From Hyphomicrobiales bacterium (GTDB lineage Bacteria > Pseudomonadota > Alphaproteobacteria > Rhizobiales > JACESI01): a stretch of DNA of 64,000 bases. Positions 9,501-18,287 of the stretch are shown piece after piece. The notes under the pieces are model-generated. The model was given only the letters and a program-made list of their open reading frames with translations. It did not search any database and was not told the origin of the DNA. A program made the position numbers and the translations under genes. The stretch's first letter is position 1, and every line of letters begins with the position of its first letter. Where the stretch lies: assembly GCA_013911885.1 (NCBI GenBank), contig JACESI010000004.1, forward strand, positions 89,607 through 153,606. The letters run 5' to 3'.

Positions 9501-11308
9501 TGGCCTTGCGGGTCGATCTTGTAGGTCCGCTCATTGATGACGCGGAAACCCATGAATTCGAGCATCGGGACGCGGGTCGAGAGTTCGATCGGCGCATCAA
9601 GTTGGAAAAGCTTCAGCCCAATGCGGGCATTCACCATGTCGGAGCGACGATAGAATTCGGCTTCGATCCTGCCTGGATCGGCAAGCTTGCCGAGGCTCTT
9701 GATGTCATGGACCGCGTTTTCCGGTGCGAAGGCCTCGCGGTAGGCGGCGGAAAAAGCCTTGACATAGGAATGGCATTCGTCGGCGCTATTGCAACTGTTC
9801 ATCGCGGCGGCGAGACCATCTTCCCAGGTTTCAACGATCTTCGCGATTTTCCGCTCGAGATCAGAGCGCGCAATGGTTGGTCGTTCGCCTTTTTTGCGTC
9901 GGATGATGAAGTGCACGCGGGCGAGAAGGCCCTCGGGAAAACCGGGATAAAAGGCCGACACCGTGCCTTTGAAGACCGAGCAGAGATACTCGCCGATCCG
10001 GATGCGGACATCCGTGTTGTAGCGGTCGCGTGGCAGGAAGACGAGAACGGAGACATAGCGGTCGAAACGGTCCCAGCGGGGCAGAACCCGGACTTTCGCC
10101 CGCCCGTCGAGGGCGAGGATTGCGAGTGCAAAATCCTGAAGCTGGTTCACGCCAATCTGGAACAATTCATCGCGCGGGTAGGATTCCAGCACGCTCCACA
10201 GCGCCTTACCGGAATGGCTGTTCGCATCGAAGCCGGAGGCTTCCATCACCCGTTGCGCCTTGTGGCGGAGATAGGGGATGGCGTTGATCGAATAGGCATA
10301 GACGGTGGAGGTGAAAAGACCAACAAAGCGCAACTCGCCGGTGATCTTGCCCATCGCGTCATAGAGCTTGACGCCGATATAATCCATGTGGACGCGCCGG
10401 TGGATTCGCGAGCGCACATTTGCCTTGGAGATGATCAAGGGATCTGGCCGGATCATGAACTCGCGGATTTCCGGTGTGATTTCCACCAGCTGATCGCCGC
10501 GTTTCAGGACGTGAACATTCGGATCTTTCAAGATGCCGAGCCCGCTTGCCTTGATCGGCTGGACAAAACGGTCGGCGCTGTCGTCATAGCGATACTCACG
10601 CGCACCGAGAAAGGTGTAGTTGTTCTCTAGCAGCCATTCAAGAAACTGCACCGCCTCTGCAAGTTGCTGCACCTCGATCGGTGGCGGACTTCCCTTGTAG
10701 TTGCGGATCGTTGCCTGAAGCCGCTCCGTCATCTGTGGCCAGTCCTTGACCACCCCGCGCACTTCCTTGAGGAGGCTGCTGAGGGCTTCCTTGATCCGGC
10801 GTTGTTCCGGCACGGACACGGCCGTGATGTGGATATGCATCACGCTTTCGCGTGCCCCTTGAATATGCCGGTCGGTCTTGAAAAGCACTGCGGGCTTTGC
10901 AAGCGTTCCGTCCGTGCTGCGCTCGACAGAGAAGATCGGATGCACGATCAGATCGATTTCATAACCGAGATCGCGCAGCTCCGGGACAACGGAGTCAATC
11001 AGGAACGGCATGTTGTCGTTGATGATGTCGATCGCGGTGATATGGGATCTTGTTCCATCATCGGCAATGACCACGGCGCGATGGGTCTTCATTTCGATGG
11101 TCGGCTGGCCCGGTTTGCGCTTTGCCATCGCCGCGAAAGTGACCTCTGCGAAACTTGCGAGTGCGTCGGAATCATAGCGCGCGAGATCTTCGGCGAGAGC
11201 GTGATCGAACAGACCGCGCACGAAAGCCCCCTTGGCCGCATTTTTGGCTGTGAGTTTTGCTTCTGCCTCAGCGAGCCGCTGGTCACGGATCTGTTCATAA
11301 TCGATCAT
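6503..11308 (-). CDS. NAD-specific glutamate dehydrogenase, large (about 180 kDa) class
   Basis: About 1600 aa, the characteristic size. Conserved central block ...[24 protein letters not shown]..., ...[16 protein letters not shown]..., ...[17 protein letters not shown].... The start is taken as ATG 11308, preceded by gaaagaagg. A TTG at 11422 is an alternative. Confidence 0.9.
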   Translation of the reverse strand: [1601 protein letters not shown]

Positions 11309-11446
11309 CGGATTGCCTTCTTTCTGGGCCGGGTTCGCGCCATCGTGTGACAGAATACGTATCACCGTAAGCACTTGCTGCACAAGTTTGGTCTTGTCGG
11401 AATCAAGTGCTTTAAAAGGCAAGAATGGCGGGCCTGTGTGATGGGT

Positions 11447-11494
11447 GCCAGACTTGCAGCCAGACTTGCAGCCAGACTTGCAGCCAGACTTGCC
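11447..11494. repeat. Tandem repeat, 12-bp unit gccagacttgca x4 (last unit ends c)
   Basis: Four contiguous units read directly at 11447-11458, 11459-11470, 11471-11482 and 11483-11494. They sit in the divergent intergenic region between the gdh and CMD-family genes. Confidence 0.95.
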
Positions 11495-11557
11495 GCACAG
11501 CTATAGCCTTGCCATTATGGAGCGAAGCGGCGTGAAATCTCGCAACAGGAGGGTAAC

Positions 11558-12148
11558 TTGAAGTCTGATCTAGCAAGCCAGGATAAAGAGCGTGTGACAG
11601 CGCTCGATCTGCCGATGGCCGATCCCTTGAGTGCCGAGACGCAGCACTATTTCGCGCTCTGCGAGGAGAAGCTCGGCATGATTCCGAATGTGCTCAAGGC
11701 CTATGCTTTTGACGAGGGAAAACTGCGCGCCTTCACCGTTCTCTATAATGACCTGATGCTCGGGCCTTCGGGACTTACGAAACTCGAGCGCGAGATGATT
11801 GCCGTGGTCGTATCCTCGATCAATCACTGCTTCTATTGCCTGACCGCACACGGGGCGGCGGTGCGCAAATATTCCGGCGATCCGGTCAAGGGCGAGTTGA
11901 TGGTGATGAACTATCGCGCCGCCGCCCTCACCCCGCGCGAGCGGGCAATTCTCGATTTTTCAGCGAAACTCACCGAAACACCCGACAGGATGGGTGAGGC
12001 GGACCGGAAGGCCCTGCGCGATGAGGGGCTGAGTGACCGCGATATCTGGGATGTCGCCTCTGTCGCCGGCTTTTTCAACATGTCGAACCGGGTTGCGAGC
12101 GCAAGCGAGATGATCCCCAATATCGCTTATCATTCGCAGGATCGCTAA
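11558..12148 (+). CDS. Carboxymuconolactone decarboxylase (AhpD-like) family peroxidase-related protein
   Basis: 196 aa with the AhpD-type CxxC motif (INHCFYCLTAHG). TTG start at 11558; an internal ATG (MADPLSAE) is possible. Confidence 0.75.
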   Translation: MKSDLASQDKERVTALDLPMADPLSAETQHYFALCEEKLGMIPNVLKAYAFDEGKLRAFTVLYNDLMLGPSGLTKLEREMIAVVVSSINHCFYCLTAHGAAVRKYSGDPVKGELMVMNYRAAALTPRERAILDFSAKLTETPDRMGEADRKALRDEGLSDRDIWDVASVAGFFNMSNRVASASEMIPNIAYHSQDR

Positions 12149-12182
12149 GGCTTGGGATCTGGCCGCGCTTTGTATCGTGCGA

Positions 12183-13529
12183 TCAGGCTTTGTCAGCGTT
12201 CCCGTTTTCTGCGTCGCGGTTTTTGCGCTTGATCGGACCATGGCGCAGCCTTCGGATGGCGAGCCAGACAAGCGTTGCGACGAGAGGCACGGATGCCGCG
12301 ACCATCAAGTTGAGGCTGAGATGGAGCGGTTCTGCAAATCCGCGAAAGACGTAATAGAGCAGGCTTACCGCATAATAGCTGATCGCGACCACCGACAGGC
12401 CTTCAACAGTCTGTTGCAGACGGAACTGCATTTCAGAACGCTCATTAAGAGCCTTGAGAAGCCCCTGATTCTGAGCCTGAAGATCGATATCAAGCTGGGT
12501 GCGCAGGAGATCGGAGGCGCGGGTGATCTTTTCCGCGAGCGCGCTCTGACGCCGCTCCACCGCATCACAGGTCTGAATCGCAGGCGTTACGCGCCGAAGC
12601 AGGAAAATCCGGAATGTGACATAGCTCAGATGTTCCTCCTCACCGAGCGCCTTGAGGCGTTGTTCGACAATGCCGAGATAGGCCCGGCTCGCGGCAAAGC
12701 GAAACTGGCTGTCGATCATCAGCGCTTCGAGGTCCATCGCGATACGGTAGAGCTGGTTCAGGATGTTCTGGTTCTCTGCGGTTGTCTTTACAGTATTGAG
12801 CTCTATGAAAATGTCAGAAAGCTCTTTCTCGAGTTTGGTCACGATCGGGCTTGCACGTTGTGCTTCGGGAAGACCGAGAAGGGCCACGGTGCGATAGGTC
12901 TCGATCTCGCCGATGCGCCGGACAAGGGCGCCGCAATTCATCGCCCGCATCCCCATATCGACGACGAGAAAACGGGTGAGGCCGAATTCGTCCTGGCGGA
13001 AATCTGTCGCGATAAGGGCCTGGCCCTTGAAACATTTCGAGACACAGAGCGAGCTCGGATCGAAATCGCGAAAGAGATTGTCGCTTTCGCTATCATCGAC
13101 TGCATGGACGCCCGCTGGTTTCGCGGCAATGGATGCGCCGCCGAAAATGCGCACATCAACCCGAACGGCGTTGATCAGAACACCCATGACCGGCGCCGGG
13201 CCGCCGAAGACGCTGAACGGATCATGCTCCGGCACATGACCCGGATCGCCAAACCAGGTGAGCGACACGAACTCCGTGTGGGATTCGAAAACCAGTTGCG
13301 CGGTTCCGTCTTTCCAGGCAAAGCGTCGATCGCTTTTCAGCGGTTTCTTGAGATTGCGCGCCTTGCACCAGATCGCGAGAACATTCGCAGCATCGATTTC
13401 CGGTGTTCGCCAGAAGACATATTTCAGGATGACGCCCGGCGCCCGCATTGGCTCGAAAGGCCGCGCGTGGATTTCGTCCAGGACTTTCTGGCGCAGGGGA
13501 TGCTGGGGAAGTTCGGTCTGGCTGCGCAT
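12183..13529 (-). CDS. DUF3422 family membrane-anchored protein
   Basis: 448 aa. The N-terminus HPLRQKVLDEIHARPFEP is typical of the family as I recall it. Two C-terminal hydrophobic helices (VVAISYYAVSLLYYVF; LMVAASVPLVATLVWLAI). Confidence 0.65.
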   Translation of the reverse strand: MRSQTELPQHPLRQKVLDEIHARPFEPMRAPGVILKYVFWRTPEIDAANVLAIWCKARNLKKPLKSDRRFAWKDGTAQLVFESHTEFVSLTWFGDPGHVPEHDPFSVFGGPAPVMGVLINAVRVDVRIFGGASIAAKPAGVHAVDDSESDNLFRDFDPSSLCVSKCFKGQALIATDFRQDEFGLTRFLVVDMGMRAMNCGALVRRIGEIETYRTVALLGLPEAQRASPIVTKLEKELSDIFIELNTVKTTAENQNILNQLYRIAMDLEALMIDSQFRFAASRAYLGIVEQRLKALGEEEHLSYVTFRIFLLRRVTPAIQTCDAVERRQSALAEKITRASDLLRTQLDIDLQAQNQGLLKALNERSEMQFRLQQTVEGLSVVAISYYAVSLLYYVFRGFAEPLHLSLNLMVAASVPLVATLVWLAIRRLRHGPIKRKNRDAENGNADKA

Positions 13530-13624
13530 GGTGACCTGTCCAAGTCTGTCGCGTGTCCTTCCGACCTACAAAATTCGCTGCATTAAGGAAAGCTTAAACA
13601 AATGTTTCCGGCACTATCTTAGGA

Positions 13625-14032
13625 CTACCAGGTGCGCCTTGGACCGGTGTCGATATGATAATGGTGCGAATAGGTGCTGTATCCGCCGACGCCGTTATGA
13701 TTCTTGAGAAATTCGATGACTTTCTCCCGGTCGCCCCTGACCGAGAAATCGACCGCCTGGCAGCGCAGATGATAAGAGTTGCTCGCGCCCCCTTTGCGGC
13801 GGTTCTCTTCCGCTTCACGCTTGGTCGATGTGACCGTCACCTGCCCGAATTTGCGGGAGGTGTGGTTGATGACCCGCTTCAGACGAAAGGGTACGCAGGA
13901 CTTGGTGTCAACATAGCGCACATCCTTGTTTCCGGCGAACAACAGATTGACGACCGGAACTTTTGCGCAGCCGCCGAGCACGATGGCTATTGCGATCAGG
14001 ATGGACGCGGATTTGAGCGGGTGCAGGCACAT
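13625..14032 (-). CDS. DUF882 / YcbK(MepK)-like peptidase M15A lipoprotein
   Basis: Lipobox LIAIAIVLGGC. C-terminal metal-site pattern NSYHLRCQAVDF...GVGGYSTYSHHYHIDTGPRRTW resembles DUF882. Confidence 0.6.
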   Translation of the reverse strand: MCLHPLKSASILIAIAIVLGGCAKVPVVNLLFAGNKDVRYVDTKSCVPFRLKRVINHTSRKFGQVTVTSTKREAEENRRKGGASNSYHLRCQAVDFSVRGDREKVIEFLKNHNGVGGYSTYSHHYHIDTGPRRTW

Positions 14033-14312
14033 GGCAGACCGAGTTCTCGATTGTCAAACAGGCCTTAATGCTCGCTTCGAATCGTTAAAATAATTGTTCA
14101 AATTGTTAATATTGCTTCATGATTTGGTATTCTTGTTTAACAAAGCATAAAGCCCTGTGCGGTTCTCTCATAGTCTAATGGACGCTTCTTTGAACCGTGA
14201 TTATGGTCAGGTCCGGAGAACGGCATCTTGGGAGAGGTGCCGTGTATGAGGCGATCGGGCGGTGGCCGGAAATTGGGCTGACCAGATCGACGATTTTCAT
14301 GGGAGGAACATC

Positions 14313-16271
14313 ATGTCGCAGGCAAAAATTTATCCGGTAAACGAGGCATTTGCCCGCACCGCCCATATCGACAAGGCGTCTTATGAGAAGATGTATGCCG
14401 AAAGCATCAGCAATCCCGATGCGTTCTGGGGGTCTGAGGCGAAAAGGTTGGACTGGATGAAGCCCTTCACCAGGGTCAAGAACACGACCTTTGCCTATCC
14501 CGATGTATCGATCAAATGGTTTGAGGACGGCACGCTCAATGTCTCTGCAAATTGCATCGACCGGCATCTTGAAAAGCGTGGCGATCAGATCGCGATCATC
14601 TGGGAGGGAGATGAGCCGACCGACGATGCCAGGATTACCTACCGCGAACTTCACGAACAGGTCTGCCGCCTTGCCAATGCGCTGAAGGACGAGGGGGTCA
14701 AGAAAGGGGACCGGGTGACGCTATACATGCCGATGATCCCGGAGGCCGCCTATGCGATGCTCGCCTGTACGCGGATCGGGGCGGTCCACTCCATTGTTTT
14801 TGGCGGCTTTTCGCCGGATGCTCTCGCCGATAGGCTTGAAGGTTGCGAATCGAGCGTCATCATCACCGCTGATGAAGGCGTGCGCGGCGGCAAGGCGATT
14901 CCACTGAAACGCAATGTCGACAACGCCATCGAAATCGCCGCAACGCGCAACCATCATGTCGAGAAGGTCTTTGTCGTCGAGCGGACGAAAGGCAAGATCA
15001 GCTGGGAGCCGGGGCGCGACATCTGGTATCACGAGGCGACAGCAAGAGCCTCAGCCGACTGCAAGCCCGCGGAAATGAGCGCCGAGGATCCGCTGTTCAT
15101 TCTCTACACATCAGGATCGACCGGTAAACCGAAAGGCGTTCTGCATACGACCGGAGGTTATCTTCTCTGGGCGTCGATGACGCATCACTATGTTTTCGAT
15201 TATCATGATGGCGACATTTACTGGTGTACGGCGGATGTCGGCTGGGTGACCGGGCACAGCTATATTGTCTATGGCCCGCTTGCCAATGGCGCAACGACGC
15301 TGATGTTCGAAGGCGTGCCGAATTATCCGTCCAATGCACGTTTCTGGGAAGTCTGCGACAAGCATCAGGTCAATCAGTTCTATACCGCGCCAACAGCGAT
15401 CCGCGCGCTGATGCAGGCGGGAGCAGACCCGGTGAAATCGACGGCGCGCACGTCGCTCCGGGTGCTTGGTTCGGTGGGTGAGCCGATCAACCCGGAAGCA
15501 TGGGAATGGTATTACAATGTCGTGGGAGAAGCTCGCTGCCCGATTGTCGATACATGGTGGCAGACGGAGACAGGCGGTCACATGATAACGCCCTTGCCCG
15601 GTGCGACTGCGCTCAAGCCCGGCTCGGCGGCCTTGCCATTCTTCGGCGTGAAGCCTGAACTCGTCGACAGCGAGGGTGCCGTGCTTGATGGCGCGAGCGA
15701 GGGCAATCTCTGCATCAGCGATTCCTGGCCCGGCCAGATGCGAACGGTCTATGGTGACCATGAGCGCTTCGTTCAGACTTATTTCTCGACCTATAAGGGT
15801 AAATATTTCACCGGTGACGGCTGCAGGCGTGATGAGGATGGCTATTACTGGATCACCGGCCGTGTCGACGACGTGATCAATGTTTCCGGACACCGCATGG
15901 GAACAGCGGAAGTCGAAAGTTCACTTGTTGCCCATAAGGCGGTATCAGAGAGCGCCGTGGTCGGCTATCCGCATGATATCAAGGGGCAGGGGATTTACTG
16001 CTATGTCACGCTGATGGCAGGCATTGAGGGCAGTGACGCGCTGAAAAAAGAGCTGCGCGATCATGTTCGCAACGAAATCGGGCCAATTGCCTCGCCGGAC
16101 GCGATCCAGTTCGCTCCCGGCCTGCCGAAAACACGCTCGGGCAAAATCATGCGCCGTATCCTGCGCAAAATTGCTGAGGACGATTTCGCCAATCTCGGCG
16201 ATATATCAACACTGGCCGATCCGGCTGTGGTCGATGATCTCATCCTCAACCGGCAGAACCGTAAAAAATGA
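14313..16271 (+). CDS. acs: Acetyl-CoA synthetase
   Basis: 652 aa from ATG 14313 (RBS gggagga). AMP-binding motif [13 protein letters not shown]-terminal [19 protein letters not shown]. Confidence 0.95.
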   Translation: MSQAKIYPVNEAFARTAHIDKASYEKMYAESISNPDAFWGSEAKRLDWMKPFTRVKNTTFAYPDVSIKWFEDGTLNVSANCIDRHLEKRGDQIAIIWEGDEPTDDARITYRELHEQVCRLANALKDEGVKKGDRVTLYMPMIPEAAYAMLACTRIGAVHSIVFGGFSPDALADRLEGCESSVIITADEGVRGGKAIPLKRNVDNAIEIAATRNHHVEKVFVVERTKGKISWEPGRDIWYHEATARASADCKPAEMSAEDPLFILYTSGSTGKPKGVLHTTGGYLLWASMTHHYVFDYHDGDIYWCTADVGWVTGHSYIVYGPLANGATTLMFEGVPNYPSNARFWEVCDKHQVNQFYTAPTAIRALMQAGADPVKSTARTSLRVLGSVGEPINPEAWEWYYNVVGEARCPIVDTWWQTETGGHMITPLPGATALKPGSAALPFFGVKPELVDSEGAVLDGASEGNLCISDSWPGQMRTVYGDHERFVQTYFSTYKGKYFTGDGCRRDEDGYYWITGRVDDVINVSGHRMGTAEVESSLVAHKAVSESAVVGYPHDIKGQGIYCYVTLMAGIEGSDALKKELRDHVRNEIGPIASPDAIQFAPGLPKTRSGKIMRRILRKIAEDDFANLGDISTLADPAVVDDLILNRQNRKK

Positions 16272-16371
16272 CTATTCTGATGACCTTCTAGTGGATTGAC
16301 TCCGACTTTTCGAATCCGAAAGGTCGGGCCGATCCACCAGATCAACTCTTTGAAAGGGTTCGCTTTTCTTC

Positions 16372-16410
16372 AAAAAAACAACCCGACTGAAGTCGGACTG
16401 TTTTGTTTCG
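16372..16410 (+). terminator. Possible bidirectional terminator between convergent acs and the TadG-like gene
   Basis: A-run, then a short GC stem ccgac/gtcgg with loop tgaa, then ctgttttgttt. The stem is weak. A separate 9-bp hairpin lies at 16302-16327. Confidence 0.35.
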
Positions 16411-16466
16411 GGCGAACCACTAGGCAAGTCTGCCTGCACGGGAAAGATCCGTACAGGCAGTCCGCG

Positions 16467-18287
16467 TTAGTTCACGATCGAGATGCGTGCCTGCTGGCGG
16501 GCGATCTGCTGGAAAGCATTCCCGAGGTTCGACTGGTTCGCGATCAGGTAATAGTTTGGAACCTGGGTCGTCGGTCGGCTTGCACAATTGGCGAGCGTGT
16601 TATTCACGTCGCGGTCGCGAACCGGATCAATATCGAAGCCGATTGTATAGACTTCGACGCCGAGATTTTTTGCAAGCTCGCAGAACCGGAGCGCACGAAG
16701 GTTCAAGACTTCCGTATTTCGGTTCTCATCTGCTTGGCTGGTTGTATTGATGGACGGGTCGAGCGTGTTGCGAAGATCACCATAAGCAGACCACGACTGC
16801 GGCGTTAGCCCCTGGCCGACGCCGTTGCGTCCGTCGGTCATGAGAATGATGACTTTGCGGGCTGCTGTCGAGTTGAACGGGCTTGGCAGGTCCGCCGGTC
16901 CGCCACCATTCCAGAAAGGACGCCAATCCGGATCGAGCATGCGCAATGCCCAAAGCATGCCAAGGCTCGAATCGGTGTGGGCCGCGACATCGTCATCCGG
17001 GTTGAGGGCGTCGATTGCCGCAGTCAGGCGATTGTTCTGGCCGCTGCTCGAAAGATCGAAGAAATAAGTCATGGGCTGGCGGATGCAACCGATATTCGGG
17101 TTGCGGCGCGTATTGCCGTTGTCGGCGCGGTCCGTCAGGTCGGCGAAATTGTCCCACGTGTTGATCGGCGGATTATTGCGCGGGAAAAAGCCGTTGCCGT
17201 TAATTTCATTGGCATCGATACCCCAACCCGGTGGCTGGTAATAAGCGCGGAAGCGATCATTGCCGACCGGCGTGCGCAGAACCCGATCACTGGCAGCAAG
17301 GCCGGACCGATTGTTGACCGTCGGTGCGAAGCTTGCAATCGACAGCGAGGGCGGTGTTGGAACCTCGGAGACATCATCGCGCTCCATTACGCAGCCGCGC
17401 CATGAAAGGATCGGATACTGAGAACGGGTGACCGGGATTTGCCTGTTATTCTGGCTGCGATTTGCTGTATCGAGGAAGGTCTGGATCCGCCCTGGTGTGA
17501 CGCGGTTGTTGAAGCCTGCAAAACCGGCGCCATCAAAATCATAGGTCGACAAGGCCGCCTTGATGTTCTCAGGGTTCGTGCGATCGGTAAAAACCAGATT
17601 GTTCGGGTCTTCATCAGGATTGAGAGGCAAAACCGGAACAGCGAGCCTGTTGCGGTCGAGGCCTGCTACCCAGGCTCGGCGATCCGTGCCGATATTCACG
17701 GTTGTCTGCCACGGGACAATACCAATGAAGGCTTCCGCGTCAAAGCGAACCTGATCCTCAAGAACGGCCTGAAAATCCCTCAACGCATTCTCAAGCGCTG
17801 TCTGGCGGCTGCCGAACATCGAACCCGACTGGTCAAGGGAAAGAACAAATTCGACGCGCTCAATTTCCGTTCGCGCAACGGCACGGACACCGATGTTGAT
17901 CATGTTGCGGTCAAAAATTTTTGAAAACAGGGTAGGCACTGTGCCGTTGGCGGTTCCGGTCAGCTCTCGGGTTGCCGTATCGAACGTGAAAGTTGCCGGA
18001 TTGATCTGTGCGCCGTCTGCTGGCTGGTAATTCAGGTTGAAGTTTTCGAGCGCTGCCTGCTCGATCCTGCTCGCGGAGGTCAGGCCGACGGATGATCCGG
18101 CGAGAACGGCCGCGTCAACCGCGGCGCGCAAACGCGTTTGTTCATTTGCTGAGCGTGCATAATCGATCGCCATACCCGCGCCAAAGATGACAATTGCCGC
18201 AACGAGAGCCCAGAGGATGACGAAGGAGCCTTTCTGATCGCGTTTGAGGCGATTGAAGAGCCCTGTGGAAGCATGATTTTTATTCAT
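16467..18287 (-). CDS. TadG-like (TadE/G N-terminal) protein with von Willebrand factor A domain
   Basis: 606 aa. N-terminal pseudopilin-like segment KGSFVILWALVAAIVIFGAGMAIDYAR. vWA MIDAS LSLDQSGSM. C-terminal VYTIGFD strand. Confidence 0.7.
   Translation of the reverse strand: MNKNHASTGLFNRLKRDQKGSFVILWALVAAIVIFGAGMAIDYARSANEQTRLRAAVDAAVLAGSSVGLTSASRIEQAALENFNLNYQPADGAQINPATFTFDTATRELTGTANGTVPTLFSKIFDRNMINIGVRAVARTEIERVEFVLSLDQSGSMFGSRQTALENALRDFQAVLEDQVRFDAEAFIGIVPWQTTVNIGTDRRAWVAGLDRNRLAVPVLPLNPDEDPNNLVFTDRTNPENIKAALSTYDFDGAGFAGFNNRVTPGRIQTFLDTANRSQNNRQIPVTRSQYPILSWRGCVMERDDVSEVPTPPSLSIASFAPTVNNRSGLAASDRVLRTPVGNDRFRAYYQPPGWGIDANEINGNGFFPRNNPPINTWDNFADLTDRADNGNTRRNPNIGCIRQPMTYFFDLSSSGQNNRLTAAIDALNPDDDVAAHTDSSLGMLWALRMLDPDWRPFWNGGGPADLPSPFNSTAARKVIILMTDGRNGVGQGLTPQSWSAYGDLRNTLDPSINTTSQADENRNTEVLNLRALRFCELAKNLGVEVYTIGFDIDPVRDRDVNNTLANCASRPTTQVPNYYLIANQSNLGNAFQQIARQQARISIVN

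Noticed and set aside
8195-10630. An 811-codon open reading frame on the plus strand, entirely inside and antisense to the NAD-glutamate dehydrogenase gene.
   Set aside because: It is in exact codon register with gdh (8195-6503 is divisible by 3). Its stops would therefore be the sense codons TTA, CTA and TCA, which are rare in this GC-rich genome. The predicted protein is Arg/His/Asp/Gly-rich with no recognisable motifs. I treat it as a shadow ORF unless ribosome profiling or conservation independent of gdh says otherwise.
11447-11494. Short repeats as a possible CRISPR array. The same question applies to 31579, 46650 and 50834.
   Set aside because: The units are 10-17 bp and directly contiguous, with no spacers, and there are no cas genes. 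They are simple tandem repeats.
12177-13586. A 469-aa plus-strand ORF almost exactly coextensive with the 448-aa minus-strand DUF3422 gene.
   Set aside because: It has the same exact-register antisense geometry (offset 6 nt). The minus-strand product has the family-typical N-terminus and two clean TM helices. The plus-strand product is compositionally odd and has no motifs.
16296-16345. A tRNA-like fragment (…ttcgaatcc… followed by …atccacca) in the acs/TadG spacer that might be the far att repeat of a tRNA-Leu island.
   Set aside because: The nucleotides flanking TTCGAAT do not form a 5-bp T-stem. The hairpin is instead a 9-bp stem with an 8-nt loop. The sequence has no similarity to the 3' end of the tRNA-Leu at 23946-24030.
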